Assembly: GCA_963745025.1 (NCBI GenBank) | Contig: CAVUWD010000016.1 | Span: 384,001 to 448,000 of the forward strand | DNA from: an uncultured delta proteobacterium | GTDB lineage: Bacteria > Desulfobacterota > Binatia > JACPRU01 | Reading direction: 5' to 3' | Length of the DNA: 64,000 nucleotides | In this document: piece by piece, positions 26,601 through 36,501 of the stretch | Layout: each line of letters opens with the position of its first letter | Position numbering within the stretch: the stretch's first letter is position 1 | Program-made: the position numbers and the translations under genes | The notes under the pieces: model-generated | Databases searched by the model: none | Told to the model about the DNA's origin: nothing | Seen by the model: only the letters and a program-made list of their open reading frames with translations

Positions 26601-29504
26601 TCAGGCGATCTTCGAGACCTCGACGCGCGTGTCGCGATCGTTGGTCGAGGGCTGCAGGCAGATGAAGTTCGGCCGCAGGTGGAACTGGCCGCCCGCGAGC
26701 TCGACGGGATTCAACGGTGTCGGCATCAGGTTCTGGTATCCCTTCTGGTTGCGGAATTGGAAGTTCTCCCAGGCATGGTAAATCACCACCTGGCCGGGCC
26801 GCACGCCGGGCGACACCTTCGCGTGGATCTGGAAGCTGTCCACGTCGTTACGCACTTCGACGATGTCGCCGTCGGCGATGCCGCGCGAGCGCGCATCCGC
26901 GACGCTCATGTACATGACGGGTTCGCCCCGCTGCTGGCGGAGCATCAGCGCGTCGTCGCGCCACGAAGAGTGGATGCTCCAGCGCGTGTGCCCGCCGCTG
27001 AGGATCAGCGGATGGTCGCCCCCGATCTTCGGCGGATCCTTGTGCGTCGGCAGCTCCTCGCCGAGCTCGAGGTAGAGATCCTGGTCGATGTAGAACTGGA
27101 TCCGGCGCGTGAGAGTCGGGTAAACGATCTTCTTCTCGACGTGGAACGTGAACGGCGACACGGTGTCGTCGGGCTTGATGTCGCAGGCGTTGCCGATGCT
27201 CGTGCCTCCCTCGCCGACCGCCGTGAAGCGGGCCCACCCTTTCTTCTTGAGATCCTCCCACTCGACTCCCTCGAGGTTCGTCGACAGGCGGATCAGGTCG
27301 TTCGCGACCTTGTCGTCGTCGGTTGCTTCGTAGGTCCCGCCGAAGCTGAACTCGTCCCAGATCCGATCGAGGCGGCGCTCCTCGCCGCGGCGGCTCGTGT
27401 ACGGTTTCACCCCGCGCGCGGAGGCGCGCTCCTGGATTTTTTTCGCGAGCAGCGCGGTGATCTCCCAGTCGGACTTCGCCTCGTGAAAGGCCGGGGCGAC
27501 TTTCTCGCCGCCGTGGATGAACGGCATCAGCGGCGTCACCCACTTGTGATCGGAGCGTTCGTACCAGGCCGTGACCGGCAGCACGTAGTCGGAGTAGAGC
27601 GCGGTGGAGCTCATCCGCGAGTCGAGCGTCACGAAGGCGCGAAGCTTGGGGAAGAGATGCTTGAAGAGCTGGGGGTAGCCGCGCAGCCGGCGCAGAATGT
27701 TGCTGCCGACCTCGAAGATCACGCGCGGCGGCTGGCCCGGAGGCGGATACACGTACTGCCAGCGCTTCTCCAGCGATTCGGCGAGGTACTCCTTCGCGCT
27801 TCGCTTCATGTATGGGTCCCACTTCTGGGACTCGTTGGCGAGCTCGAGGAGCCCGCCGTGCACTTGCCAGAAGAGGACGCCGCATGTCCACACGCCCTTC
27901 GCGTACCAGTCGCGGGCGATCTCGTAGGTGATCATCTCGTCGGAGAAGCCACGCATCTTGAACGCCATGACCTTGCCGAGGAGCTCGGCCTGAAGGCGGA
28001 GCTTGCCGAGGCGCCCCGCGTGCTTGGCGAACACGAACGAATCGAAGCCGTCGTTCGTGAGGAACGGGAACCCGCTGTAGCCCGCGCCCTTGCGGCCCAT
28101 GTGCCCGCACACCGAGAGCAGCAGGATCATCGAGCGCTCGACGAGGTTCCCGTGGTAGAGCTTCCCCCAGTTGCTGCTCGTGACGTTGGCGGCGGCCTTG
28201 GCCCTGGCGACGTCACGGGCGAGGGCGCGGATCGTCTCGGGCGCCACGCCGCAGATCGCCGAGGCCTTCGCGGGCGTCCAATCGCGGTCGAGCCGTTCGC
28301 GCAAGGCCTCGAACACGGGCCGTACCCGCACCTTACCGGAGAGCGTCTCGACCTCGTAGGTCCCGCCGAGCGCGGGGCGCAGCTTGCCGAGCTCGAGTGA
28401 GCGCATGGGGGCCGTCGTCACCCGCTTCGCCGCCTCATCGTAGACGTAAAGGGTCTCGTCGCTACCACCGCTCTTGAGATCGCTCTCGCGGAGAAACCGT
28501 TTGGTGTCGTCGCGCACGAGAAACGGGAGGTCCGTCTGCTCGCGCAGGAAGCCATCGTTCTGGAGGCCCTCGGCGAGGATCGTCTGCACCATCGCCAGAG
28601 CCAGCGCCGCGTCGGTGCCGACGCGGACGGGAATCCACGTGTCGGCCTTGATCGCCGAGGCGTTGTAGTCGGGACTGATCGCGACGATACGCGTGCCGTG
28701 GTAGCGCGCCTCGGTCAGAAAGTGCGCGTTCGGGATCTGCGTGTAGAGCGGGTTGCAGCCCCAGACGAGGATCAGATCCGAGTGGAAGTAGTCGTCGGCC
28801 GAGCGCTCGGCGACGATCTTGCCGAACGTCTCGCCGGCGCCGCGGTGGCCGTCGCCGATCTCCGTGTTCATGTCGAGGAGCACGTTGTCCATGAGCACGC
28901 CGAGCCGGCACACTCCCGCCGCCATCGTTCCGAGCGTGAGGAGCGGGCCGAGGCTCCAGACCACCTTGTCCGCGCCTTCCTTCTCGGTCGTGTCGACGAC
29001 GATGTCGGCGATCTCGGTGAGCGCCTGGTCCCAGGAGATCCGCTCCCACTTCCCCTCGCCGCGCTCGCCGACGCGCTTGAGCGGCCACTTGAGCCGCGAA
29101 GCGTCGTACATGCGGTGGCTGTAACAGGCTCCCTTCTGGCAGCCGCGCGGGTTGAAGTCGGGGAAGCCGGCCTTGATCTGCGGATAGTCGCCGACTTGCT
29201 CCTCGCGCCAGACGATCCCGTCTTTGAGATAGACGTTCCAGGCGCAGTGGGCCTGATACCAGCAGTTCACGAAGTGGGTCGTGCGCGCGACCTTGTCCCA
29301 CTGCCATTTGTGGCGGTAGAGATCCTCCCAGTTCCGGTACGGATATTCCTGCGAGGCCACGTCTTCCGCCGCCAGCGCGCTGCTGGCCGCGAACCGCAGC
29401 TGCCCGAGCGAGAGCACGAGCGCGGCGGCTCCACTCTGCTTCATGAAATCGCGGCGGGTGAATCCGATCGCCGTCTTCTCGCCCTCTTCGAGCTCGTTCG
29501 TCAT
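26601..29504 (-). CDS. Type II DMSO-reductase-family alpha subunit, ethylbenzene/steroid-C25 dehydrogenase-like
   Basis: Tat TRRDFMK; FS0 motif HFVNCWYQAHC (H-x3-C-x5-C)...NPRGCQKG; WREEQ; EIGD (putative Asp Mo ligand); HTRWSIHSSW. Confidence 0.85.
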   Translation of the reverse strand: MTNELEEGEKTAIGFTRRDFMKQSGAAALVLSLGQLRFAASSALAAEDVASQEYPYRNWEDLYRHKWQWDKVARTTHFVNCWYQAHCAWNVYLKDGIVWREEQVGDYPQIKAGFPDFNPRGCQKGACYSHRMYDASRLKWPLKRVGERGEGKWERISWDQALTEIADIVVDTTEKEGADKVVWSLGPLLTLGTMAAGVCRLGVLMDNVLLDMNTEIGDGHRGAGETFGKIVAERSADDYFHSDLILVWGCNPLYTQIPNAHFLTEARYHGTRIVAISPDYNASAIKADTWIPVRVGTDAALALAMVQTILAEGLQNDGFLREQTDLPFLVRDDTKRFLRESDLKSGGSDETLYVYDEAAKRVTTAPMRSLELGKLRPALGGTYEVETLSGKVRVRPVFEALRERLDRDWTPAKASAICGVAPETIRALARDVARAKAAANVTSSNWGKLYHGNLVERSMILLLSVCGHMGRKGAGYSGFPFLTNDGFDSFVFAKHAGRLGKLRLQAELLGKVMAFKMRGFSDEMITYEIARDWYAKGVWTCGVLFWQVHGGLLELANESQKWDPYMKRSAKEYLAESLEKRWQYVYPPPGQPPRVIFEVGSNILRRLRGYPQLFKHLFPKLRAFVTLDSRMSSTALYSDYVLPVTAWYERSDHKWVTPLMPFIHGGEKVAPAFHEAKSDWEITALLAKKIQERASARGVKPYTSRRGEERRLDRIWDEFSFGGTYEATDDDKVANDLIRLSTNLEGVEWEDLKKKGWARFTAVGEGGTSIGNACDIKPDDTVSPFTFHVEKKIVYPTLTRRIQFYIDQDLYLELGEELPTHKDPPKIGGDHPLILSGGHTRWSIHSSWRDDALMLRQQRGEPVMYMSVADARSRGIADGDIVEVRNDVDSFQIHAKVSPGVRPGQVVIYHAWENFQFRNQKGYQNLMPTPLNPVELAGGQFHLRPNFICLQPSTNDRDTRVEVSKIA

Positions 29505-29611
29505 GGCTCCACCTTGACCGACGTCTCAGCGCGGCCTCCCAGCCGCAATCGAAATGTCGGTGGGTTCGTAATGCGTCAGTCTTGGCCACACGTGCTGGAA
29601 ATTCCGGAAGC

Positions 29612-29659
29612 GCTGGATCTTCCGGTCGGCCCGTGCTCGGGTCGACCGGAAGATCCAGC
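29612..29659. repeat. 22-bp stem hairpin between the beta and alpha genes
   Basis: GCTGGATCTTCCGGTCGGCCCG-TGCT-CGGGTCGACCGGAAGATCCAGC; no U-tract. Confidence 0.75.
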
Positions 29660-29841
29660 CACCGCGCGCAAGCGCGGAGAGCGATAGACGATCTCGTGGG
29701 TCATTGGCTTCCGCGTTCCGCGCTCTTCGTCGTTTCGAAGCATTCGAGGCGAAGACTGAGGCGTTACCTGGGTTCTGAGGCATCCTATCCAATGTCTTCG
29801 TGTGAAAATGTGACTTCGTGCCGTAACAGCTCATCGGGCAG

Positions 29842-30932
29842 TCAGGCCTTCCTCGTGGTATCCGATCGGATCCACTCGAGTGTCGCCGGGTCTTTCGTGA
29901 AATCCGGGAAGATCTGGTTCGGCCAGCGGTAGACGATCAGCGTGTCGAGGAGCTCGGACTTCTCGCCGCGCTTCGCCTTCGCCATCTCCGCCTTGAGCAT
30001 CGCGAGCGCGCCGTCGACCTCGGTGCCGAAGAGCGAACGTAGGTACTCGATCGGAATTCGCGGCTTGGACTCGTCGACGTTACCGTCCGCATCGAGTCGG
30101 GCCGGGGAGAGCGGCGGAACGTAGTAGACGTTCGGCTCGGTGCCGTATTCCGCGTGCAGGGGCAGGGCGACCTTCCACTGCTTGACGAGCTTGTGGATCG
30201 GCCCCTTCTCGTCGTCGAGGTAGCCGACGAACCGCAGGCGTCCGGGGCACTGTCGCGCGCACGCCGGCGCCACGCCCTTCTCGATGCGCGGGAAGCAGAA
30301 GATGCACTTCTGGCCGATCGTGCGGACGTGGTTGAAGTAGATCTTCTTGTACGGGCAGGCCTCCATGCAGAAGCGGTAGCCCTTGCAGCGGTCCTCGTCG
30401 ATCAGCACGATGCCGTCCTCCGCGCGCTTGTAGATCGCCCGGCGCGGGCAGGCCTCGAGGCAGGCCGGGTGCGTGCAGTGATTGCAGATGCGCGGCAGGT
30501 AGAAGTAGTAGGAGTTCGGGTACTCGCCGCTCGCCCTGATCTTCGTCCCAGTTCGGTCCCCAGGTGGGCGGCTTCCCCTGCGCGCGCAGTGCGGCGCCTT
30601 CACCCTTTCCGCCGTAGAAGACCTCGTCGTAGTTGAAGTCCCACGCCTCACCGAACTCCTCGCTCGTGGGTAGCCTACCGGCGCGCGGCGCGCCGTTCGT
30701 GAAAGCCGCCGCCCATCGCTTCCCAGTCCTTCGGTGTTCCGCGCCCGGGCATGGTGTTCACGGTTGCCCACCACATGTGCTCCATGCCTTCTTCGCGGGT
30801 CCAGAGCGTCTTGCAGGCGATCGTGCAGGTCTGGCAGCCGAGGCACTTGTTCAGATCGAAGACCATCGCGAGCTGTTGCTTCGGCCGTACGACCTGGCCG
30901 TTCACGATCCTGCCGACGTTGTCTTCCGCCAT
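29842..30932 (-). CDS. Type II DMSO-reductase beta (Fe-S) subunit, EbdB-like; frameshifts near 30530-30700
   Basis: QLAMVFDLNKCLGCQTCTIACK in one frame; YYFYLPRICNHCTHPACLEACP...CIFCFPR...CARQCPGRLR in another. Confidence 0.85.
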
Positions 30933-30956
30933 CGCGGTGCCTCCTTCCCGTGCGCT

Positions 30957-31610
30957 TCAAGCCTGAAGCTGGAGCGGGCGCCAGTTTTGCGAGAACGCCT
31001 TGACGCCTGCGCGCTCGCCGTTGGAGCCTTCCCAGATGGCGATGGCGATCTTCGTCGCCGCTGGGGGGCGGAACTGCACCGCCTCGGTTGCCTGGTCCGG
31101 GACTGCGAGCGGCCGAGCGATGACGAGCTGCCAGGCTCCGGATTGCCACGAGCCCCGGCAGGTGATGTGGCTCACGGCCGTGACGCGCGTCGTGCCAAGC
31201 CCCTCGGCCACGTTGTTCTTGCCTTGCTCGCCGAAGTCGGCGCGCCACTGCCATGCGTTGACCGGCTGAGTCTTGCTGCCCATCGTCTGCAGCGGAGCGT
31301 CGAAACTCATGGGAAAGAGGAGGGCGGCTCCGTCGGGGAAGGCGTTGTCGTTGCCGATCTTCGCGTCGTCCGTCGCATCCGCCCACTCCAAATGGAAGAA
31401 AATCTCCTCCCCGTTGTGCAACGCGTGCACCCGGACGCTCTTGATCTTGCCGATCTCGCGGCCTTTCCATGCCGCCTTGATGTACGGGGAAGGCTGCAGC
31501 GCGAGGGGTGTCCCCTTCAAGGCGACGATCTCCATCGCCGCTTGCTTCCATCGAGCCGCCCCGGGATCTAGGAGCGTATCACGAGCAAACGAAACCTTCT
31601 TTACGAGCAT
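30957..31610 (-). CDS. Type II DMSO-reductase gamma (haem b) subunit, EbdC-like
   Basis: VHALHNGEEIFFHLEWAD, FPDGAALLFP, TMGSKTQPVNAWQW, AIWEGSNGERAGVK; ATG 31610. Confidence 0.85.
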   Translation of the reverse strand: MLVKKVSFARDTLLDPGAARWKQAAMEIVALKGTPLALQPSPYIKAAWKGREIGKIKSVRVHALHNGEEIFFHLEWADATDDAKIGNDNAFPDGAALLFPMSFDAPLQTMGSKTQPVNAWQWRADFGEQGKNNVAEGLGTTRVTAVSHITCRGSWQSGAWQLVIARPLAVPDQATEAVQFRPPAATKIAIAIWEGSNGERAGVKAFSQNWRPLQLQA

Positions 31611-32161
31611 GACGGAGCTCCCTTCGCTGCGGCTGCTCGCTCGCGCGAAGGCGCCATAGCCGGTGCCTGCTCGAGAACGGCGCGCAGCCGCGGGACGATC
31701 ACGGCCACGGAGAGATGGGCGGTGAGCACGACGCAGGCGGCGTAGGTGAGCCACTGATGAATCGTCGCCGACCAGTCGATGAGGACGAGAGAGAAGAGAT
31801 CTTGCCGCCACAGGAGGAGACCGGTCACCGTGAACGCAGCTCCCGCGACGACCGTGAATAGAAGATGAGCGTCGTGCCAGCGCCGGATCGGGCTCGGCGA
31901 CACCGACACCCGCTCTTCATCTCGGCTGCTTGGCCGATGGGACCAAATCGCGTGTCGTGCGAACGGCAACGTCGCGATCGCGAACGCTACGCCGATCCAG
32001 CAATGAACGAGACCGACGTGGAGCGAATAGCCTCCCGTGAGACGGGAACGGAGAACCGGGGAGAAGAGCAACGCACCAGTCGCGAGGAGAATGAGAAAGG
32101 TCAGCGCATGCGCCACATGGCTCGTCTTCCAGAGACTCTGCTCTTGCCGACCGTTGGCCAT
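31601..32161 (-). CDS. Membrane cytochrome b (FdnI/HyaC-like)
   Basis: Four hydrophobic helices with His: AHAL..LLATG, VHCWIG, IHQW, AHL. Confidence 0.7.
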   Translation of the reverse strand: MANGRQEQSLWKTSHVAHALTFLILLATGALLFSPVLRSRLTGGYSLHVGLVHCWIGVAFAIATLPFARHAIWSHRPSSRDEERVSVSPSPIRRWHDAHLLFTVVAGAAFTVTGLLLWRQDLFSLVLIDWSATIHQWLTYAACVVLTAHLSVAVIVPRLRAVLEQAPAMAPSRERAAAAKGAPSCS

Positions 32162-32174
32162 TCACCAATGCTGA

Positions 32175-32190
32175 TGCAGGTTACGGGCCA
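32175..32190 (-). promoter_or_regulatory. sigma54 promoter for cytochrome b-gamma-beta
   Basis: TGGCCCGTAACCTGCA on the minus strand. Confidence 0.6.
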
Positions 32191-32325
32191 GGCCCGCTGG
32201 GGCGACAAAGGAATGCGGGCGTTGACCGCTCGCCCACGGATCAGCGAGTTTCGTGGCGCGAAAGGAGACAGGTGTCGCCTTCTGTACGGCTCTAGCCTGG
32301 CGTACTCGCGACTTCCCTCACACCA

Positions 32326-33795
32326 TCAGTGATCTGCGGCGGACCTGCTGGGGGACGATTCGGCGGATGTCTTCCAGACGAACATACGTACGCTGTCGAT
32401 GTCGTCGTCGCGAAGCGGCAGGGTGCCGGCGTCGATCTTCTTGTGCTCCGCGAGCCATTTCTTCGACCCCTCGAAGTCGAGGCGCGCCGACGCCGCGGTT
32501 AGATCGGGCCCCCGTGGAGAGCCGGAGCCGGCGCCTGCGCCGCCGAGCGCATGACAAGGGGCGCAGCGCGAGACGAAAACCGTTTTTCCCTCCTCGACCT
32601 TCTGCGGCGTAAAGCTCGAGACGTCGGGGGCCGGCGCCGCCGATCGTCCTCGCTTGGCGAGCTGCACTATGTAGTCTACGAGGATCCGAACCTCGTCGTC
32701 GGCGAGGCGCATGTCCGGCATGCGATAGGTGGACGCAGGGTAGATGCTCCCCGGCTCACGCGGATGCCGCAGGAAAGCGTCGAGCCACTCGGAGCGAAGC
32801 TTCTGCGCGGAGAGGCGCAAGTCCGGGCCTACCGCGCCTCCCTTGCCGTCGCCGAGAACGTGACAGCCGCGACAGCCGGTGCGCGCGGCGATCTCGAGGG
32901 CTGCGCCGGTGCGACCCCCGCGCGGTGGCTTCTGCACACGGGGCTTACGCAGCGACAACATGTAATCGACGAGCGCCCAGCAGTCCGCCGGTTCGATCGC
33001 ACTTGCGTAGGAAGGCATTGGAGAGCCATCCATGCCGGTCAAGATCCGCACGTACAAGTCCAAGCGATCGTCGCCGCCGCGAAAGACGCCGCCCGTGAGA
33101 TCTCGCGGAGGAATCGGCCGGTCGTCGACGTCCTTCAGCGTGGCAGCCGTTGGCCCGTCGCCTTTTCCCTCTCGTCCGTGACAGCTGAAACACTCGGCGT
33201 CGCGGTAGAGCTGCTTGCCGCGAGCGACGCTCTCCGGCGTGAGCGGTGGCGGGCTGGCAGGAAGCGGGATCATTGCGGGCTCGGGCTCGTGGAGCAGGCC
33301 CGCCAATGCCAGCACGCGGGCCGCGATCCGTCGCCGCTCCTCCTCGGCTAGAAAGGCGAACGACGGCATCGCCGTGCCCGGGAAGCCGCGCTCGATCGTG
33401 CGCAAGAGATCTTCGGTCCGCGGCGGCATGCCCGAGTCGGTCGTCCGTACCTTGAAGATCTTCTTCGTGAAATCGCGAGGGCGTGGTTGGAGGAACGCGG
33501 CGGCCGGGCCAGCGCCGTCGCCCCGCTCGCCATGACAGGCGCTGCACTCGCGAACATAGAGTGTCTGACCGGCCTCGGCGTCGGCGTCGCCGAGCGGCCT
33601 GGGCGGAGCGCCATCGGCGAGCGTGCTGGACGCGAAGCTGAGCACACCGAAGAGCGCAGCGACCACCGTTGCCATCAGAGCCTGGCCGGTGGCCGGAACA
33701 CGCCCCTCCTGTTCGAGTCGTACTCGCCGTGATTCAACCGCCATCCTTACCGGCAACCTCATCGTCACGAAGTGCGGCGATCGATCTTCGTCCAC
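32326..33795 (-). CDS. Tetrahaem c-type cytochrome
   Basis: CSACH, CFSCH, CRGCH, CAPCH, with distal-Met motifs AMPSF, PMPSY, RMPD; hydrophobic signal; AAGAGG RBS before GTG 33795. Confidence 0.85.
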   Translation of the reverse strand: MDEDRSPHFVTMRLPVRMAVESRRVRLEQEGRVPATGQALMATVVAALFGVLSFASSTLADGAPPRPLGDADAEAGQTLYVRECSACHGERGDGAGPAAAFLQPRPRDFTKKIFKVRTTDSGMPPRTEDLLRTIERGFPGTAMPSFAFLAEEERRRIAARVLALAGLLHEPEPAMIPLPASPPPLTPESVARGKQLYRDAECFSCHGREGKGDGPTAATLKDVDDRPIPPRDLTGGVFRGGDDRLDLYVRILTGMDGSPMPSYASAIEPADCWALVDYMLSLRKPRVQKPPRGGRTGAALEIAARTGCRGCHVLGDGKGGAVGPDLRLSAQKLRSEWLDAFLRHPREPGSIYPASTYRMPDMRLADDEVRILVDYIVQLAKRGRSAAPAPDVSSFTPQKVEEGKTVFVSRCAPCHALGGAGAGSGSPRGPDLTAASARLDFEGSKKWLAEHKKIDAGTLPLRDDDIDSVRMFVWKTSAESSPSRSAADH

Positions 33796-33825
33796 GGGCT
33801 ATTCCTCTTGGCGTGAATGATCGCG

Positions 33826-33841
33826 AGCATGTTGCATGCCG
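33826..33841 (-). promoter_or_regulatory. sigma54 promoter for the tetrahaem cytochrome
   Basis: CGGCATGCAACATGCT on the minus strand. Confidence 0.6.
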
Positions 33842-33976
33842 TCGACGTTAAGGCCGAGCATGCATTGTTGTTCGAAGCGATCACCCGATGATGCATAAAG
33901 GGGCTGCTGACGCCAACGGCGTCAGATCCGACAGAAATCGACGCGAATTTAATAGGCCATGAGCTCGGCAAAATAA

Positions 33977-33992
33977 TGGCATGCTAGATGCT
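33977..33992 (+). promoter_or_regulatory. sigma54 promoter for the receiver gene
   Basis: TGGCATGCTAGATGCT. Confidence 0.65.
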
Positions 33993-34004
33993 TTAATGCT
34001 CCCC

Positions 34005-34442
34005 ATGAATTCGCTGGCCAATATGGGGCGATTTACAGCGCGCGAGGTGACGAGCCTCGTACTGACTCGCGATACTACTCTCGTCGAGCTCGTGCGCCGC
34101 ACATGGCCCTTTCCTTGGCTGGTCGAGAATCATGATGACTGGCACCGAATTGGCGAGATCGTGCGAACCCGCCACGTGCGCGTCATCATCATCGATGATG
34201 ATGCGGTACCTGAAGAGAATCGTAGCGAGTTAATCGAGAATATCCACAATTGCTTTTCCGATGTGCTGATCATTTATGTTGCCGGGAAGCACAGCCAGGC
34301 GGTAGAACGTTCGGCAAGAGCGAGTGGTATCCTTTCTTATACATCGAAGCCGGTCGAGGCCGAACGTCTAGAGCACCTGTTGAGGAGCCTGTCCCACCGC
34401 TTGAGCGAGCCCTCAGGCGTTTTCCGCTCGAACACTCGTTAA
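34005..34442 (+). CDS. Stand-alone atypical receiver (REC) domain protein
   Basis: VIIIDD, LIIYVAG, AR.SG..SYTSKPV. Start moved downstream of the promoter (ATG 34005 or 34023). Confidence 0.65.
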   Translation: MNSLANMGRFTAREVTSLVLTRDTTLVELVRRTWPFPWLVENHDDWHRIGEIVRTRHVRVIIIDDDAVPEENRSELIENIHNCFSDVLIIYVAGKHSQAVERSARASGILSYTSKPVEAERLEHLLRSLSHRLSEPSGVFRSNTR

Positions 34443-34574
34443 GGTCACCGCATCGGGCTTCTTGACGCGTCCGTTGGAATCATCCAACGCGTCATGTGAT
34501 ACCGAAGGTGACAATCTCCGAATATCGCCTCAGCGATATCCTTGGAAGAACGAGGCTCGATGAACGAATCAGTC

Positions 34575-34616
34575 TGGCACGTATTTCGCATTGAGATATG
34601 TCGAGACTGTCATATC
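34575..34616 (+). promoter_or_regulatory. sigma54 promoter plus PadR-type operator
   Basis: TGGCACGTATTTCGCA (34575-34590), followed by the palindrome GATATG-N10-CATATC (34595-34616) over the predicted transcription start. Confidence 0.7.
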
Positions 34617-34629
34617 GAGGACTCGACGT

Positions 34630-35286
34630 ATGTTGCGATTCGCCATCTTGGAGCTTCTCTCCCACAAGCCGCTCAGCGGTTACGAGCTGAAGAAACGCTT
34701 TGGCGGTTCGATCGTATTCTTCTGGCGAGCGGGACACAGCCAGATCTACCCCGAGCTCAAGAGGATGGCGGAGGAAGGGCTGGTCACGCGCAGCGAGATC
34801 GCCCACGAGTGGCGGCCGACCAAGAAAGTCTATGCGCTCACCGAAAAGGGCAAGGCCGAGCTGGTCGCGTGGATCAGACGGAAGGCGAAGATCCAGGCCG
34901 TCAAAGATGAAATGATGCTCAAGTGTTTCGCCTTTCATTTGATCCCCGGGGAAGAGGCGAAGACGCAGATCGAGCACCATCGAGCGCTGCATGAGCGGCG
35001 GCTCGAATTCTACCGCGGCCTGGAACGCCAGCTCGCACGCAAGCACGGAAACCCGCTCGAGACCACCGACCCGATCCTCTTCTGGAACACCCTCACGCTC
35101 CGCCACGCGATCTCCTTCGAGCGCATGTACGTCGAGTGGTGCGACTGGGCATGTGCGGAGCAGGAGGCATTCGAGGCGCGGTGCGGCTCGGCCCGAGTTC
35201 CGGCCGACCGCGCCCTCTTCGGACCGAGTGGCGATGACGGAGGGGGTGTCGTCGCCGAAGAGCCGGTAACGGAGAGCCTGCAATGA
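34630..35286 (+). CDS. PadR-family repressor
   Basis: [10 protein letters not shown]...SGYELKKRF...[11 protein letters not shown]...[10 protein letters not shown]. Confidence 0.9.
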   Translation: MLRFAILELLSHKPLSGYELKKRFGGSIVFFWRAGHSQIYPELKRMAEEGLVTRSEIAHEWRPTKKVYALTEKGKAELVAWIRRKAKIQAVKDEMMLKCFAFHLIPGEEAKTQIEHHRALHERRLEFYRGLERQLARKHGNPLETTDPILFWNTLTLRHAISFERMYVEWCDWACAEQEAFEARCGSARVPADRALFGPSGDDGGGVVAEEPVTESLQ

Positions 35287-36452
35287 GTGGACAGACTTTG
35301 GTCCCATGCGGAGCCGAGGCGCTGGAAGACATCCTCACGCGCTGTCGCGACCTCGTCGAGGATACCCGCTACCCGTCGGTCCAGCGCTGGCGTGAGGCGG
35401 GCGGCAAGGTGCTCGGGCACTTTCAAGTCTATTTTCCGGAGGAGATCGCCCACGCCGCGGGCCTTCTCCCCGTGAAGGTGCGTGGCGGACAGCTCGACGT
35501 GAAGTACGCCGATTCGCACTTCGGTTCCTACCTCTGCTCGATCCTGCGGAGCTCTCTGGAGCTGGCCCTCAGCGGTTGCCTTCCGCTGGACCTGTTCGTG
35601 ACGCATCCCATCTGCGACGCCGCGCGCAACCTGGCGGGAATCTGGGCGCGCAACTTCTCCTACCCGTCACGGATCTTATACCTGCCGCAGAACGCCAACT
35701 CTCGATACGCCGGAGCCTACCTGCGCGACGAGTACCGGCGCCTCGGCGCCGAGATCGAGCAGGTGGCCGGCAGGCGGATCGCAGAGGACGACTTGCGCCG
35801 CTCGATCGCCATCTTCAACGGCAACCGACGGCTGTTGCGGGAGCTTTACGAGATCAAGCGCGAAACGCCGTGGCTGGTTTCGGTCGAGGAAGCGTACGTG
35901 CTGCTCGCCGTCGGCGGAATCATCCCGCGCGAAGACCACAACGCACTGCTGTCGAGCGCGATAGCGGGCATCCGAGCAAGATCGGCGCGCAAGCAGGACA
36001 AGATCCGCGTGGTCATCGAGGGCGGATTCTGCGAGCAGCCGCCGCTCGAGATGCTGCGCATCATCACCCAGTCCTGCTACGTGGTCGACGATGACCTGCT
36101 GATCGGTTTGCGTTGGATCGAAGACGACGTGAGCGTCGAAGGGGATCCGTGGGGCAGCCTCGCCGAGGCGTATCTGGAGCGATCGTCCTACAGTCCGGTG
36201 CAGCACGATCTGCGCAAGCCGAAGGAGCGGATGCTGCTCGAGCGCATCCGCAAGTCCGGGGCGGAAGCGGCGATCATCGCCTCCGCCAAGATGTGCGAGC
36301 CCGGTCTCGACGAGCAGGTCGCGTATGCGAAGTCTCTGGAAGAGGTCGGCATTCCCTACTTCGTCAGCGAGTTCGAGGAGAAGACGACGAGCTTCGATCA
36401 GCTGCAAATGCAGCTCGAGACGTTCGTCGAGAACGTGCTGTTCGATTCGTGA
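35283..36452 (+). CDS. bcrC: Class I benzoyl-CoA reductase subunit C/N
   Basis: [47 protein letters not shown]. Confidence 0.8.
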   Translation: MSGQTLVPCGAEALEDILTRCRDLVEDTRYPSVQRWREAGGKVLGHFQVYFPEEIAHAAGLLPVKVRGGQLDVKYADSHFGSYLCSILRSSLELALSGCLPLDLFVTHPICDAARNLAGIWARNFSYPSRILYLPQNANSRYAGAYLRDEYRRLGAEIEQVAGRRIAEDDLRRSIAIFNGNRRLLRELYEIKRETPWLVSVEEAYVLLAVGGIIPREDHNALLSSAIAGIRARSARKQDKIRVVIEGGFCEQPPLEMLRIITQSCYVVDDDLLIGLRWIEDDVSVEGDPWGSLAEAYLERSSYSPVQHDLRKPKERMLLERIRKSGAEAAIIASAKMCEPGLDEQVAYAKSLEEVGIPYFVSEFEEKTTSFDQLQMQLETFVENVLFDS

Positions 36453-36501
36453 TGCGAGCGTCGGGATGAGGGGAACCGATTCACACGAGGAAGGATCGCC
36501 C

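Noticed and set aside
29545-29561. sigma54 promoter directly before the hydroxylase alpha gene (CCGACATTTCGATTGC)
   Set aside because: It has GA instead of the essential GG at -24.
26601-31610. Assigning ebdA/B/C or narG/H symbols
   Set aside because: Family is clear, but substrate and orthology cannot be fixed without a phylogeny.
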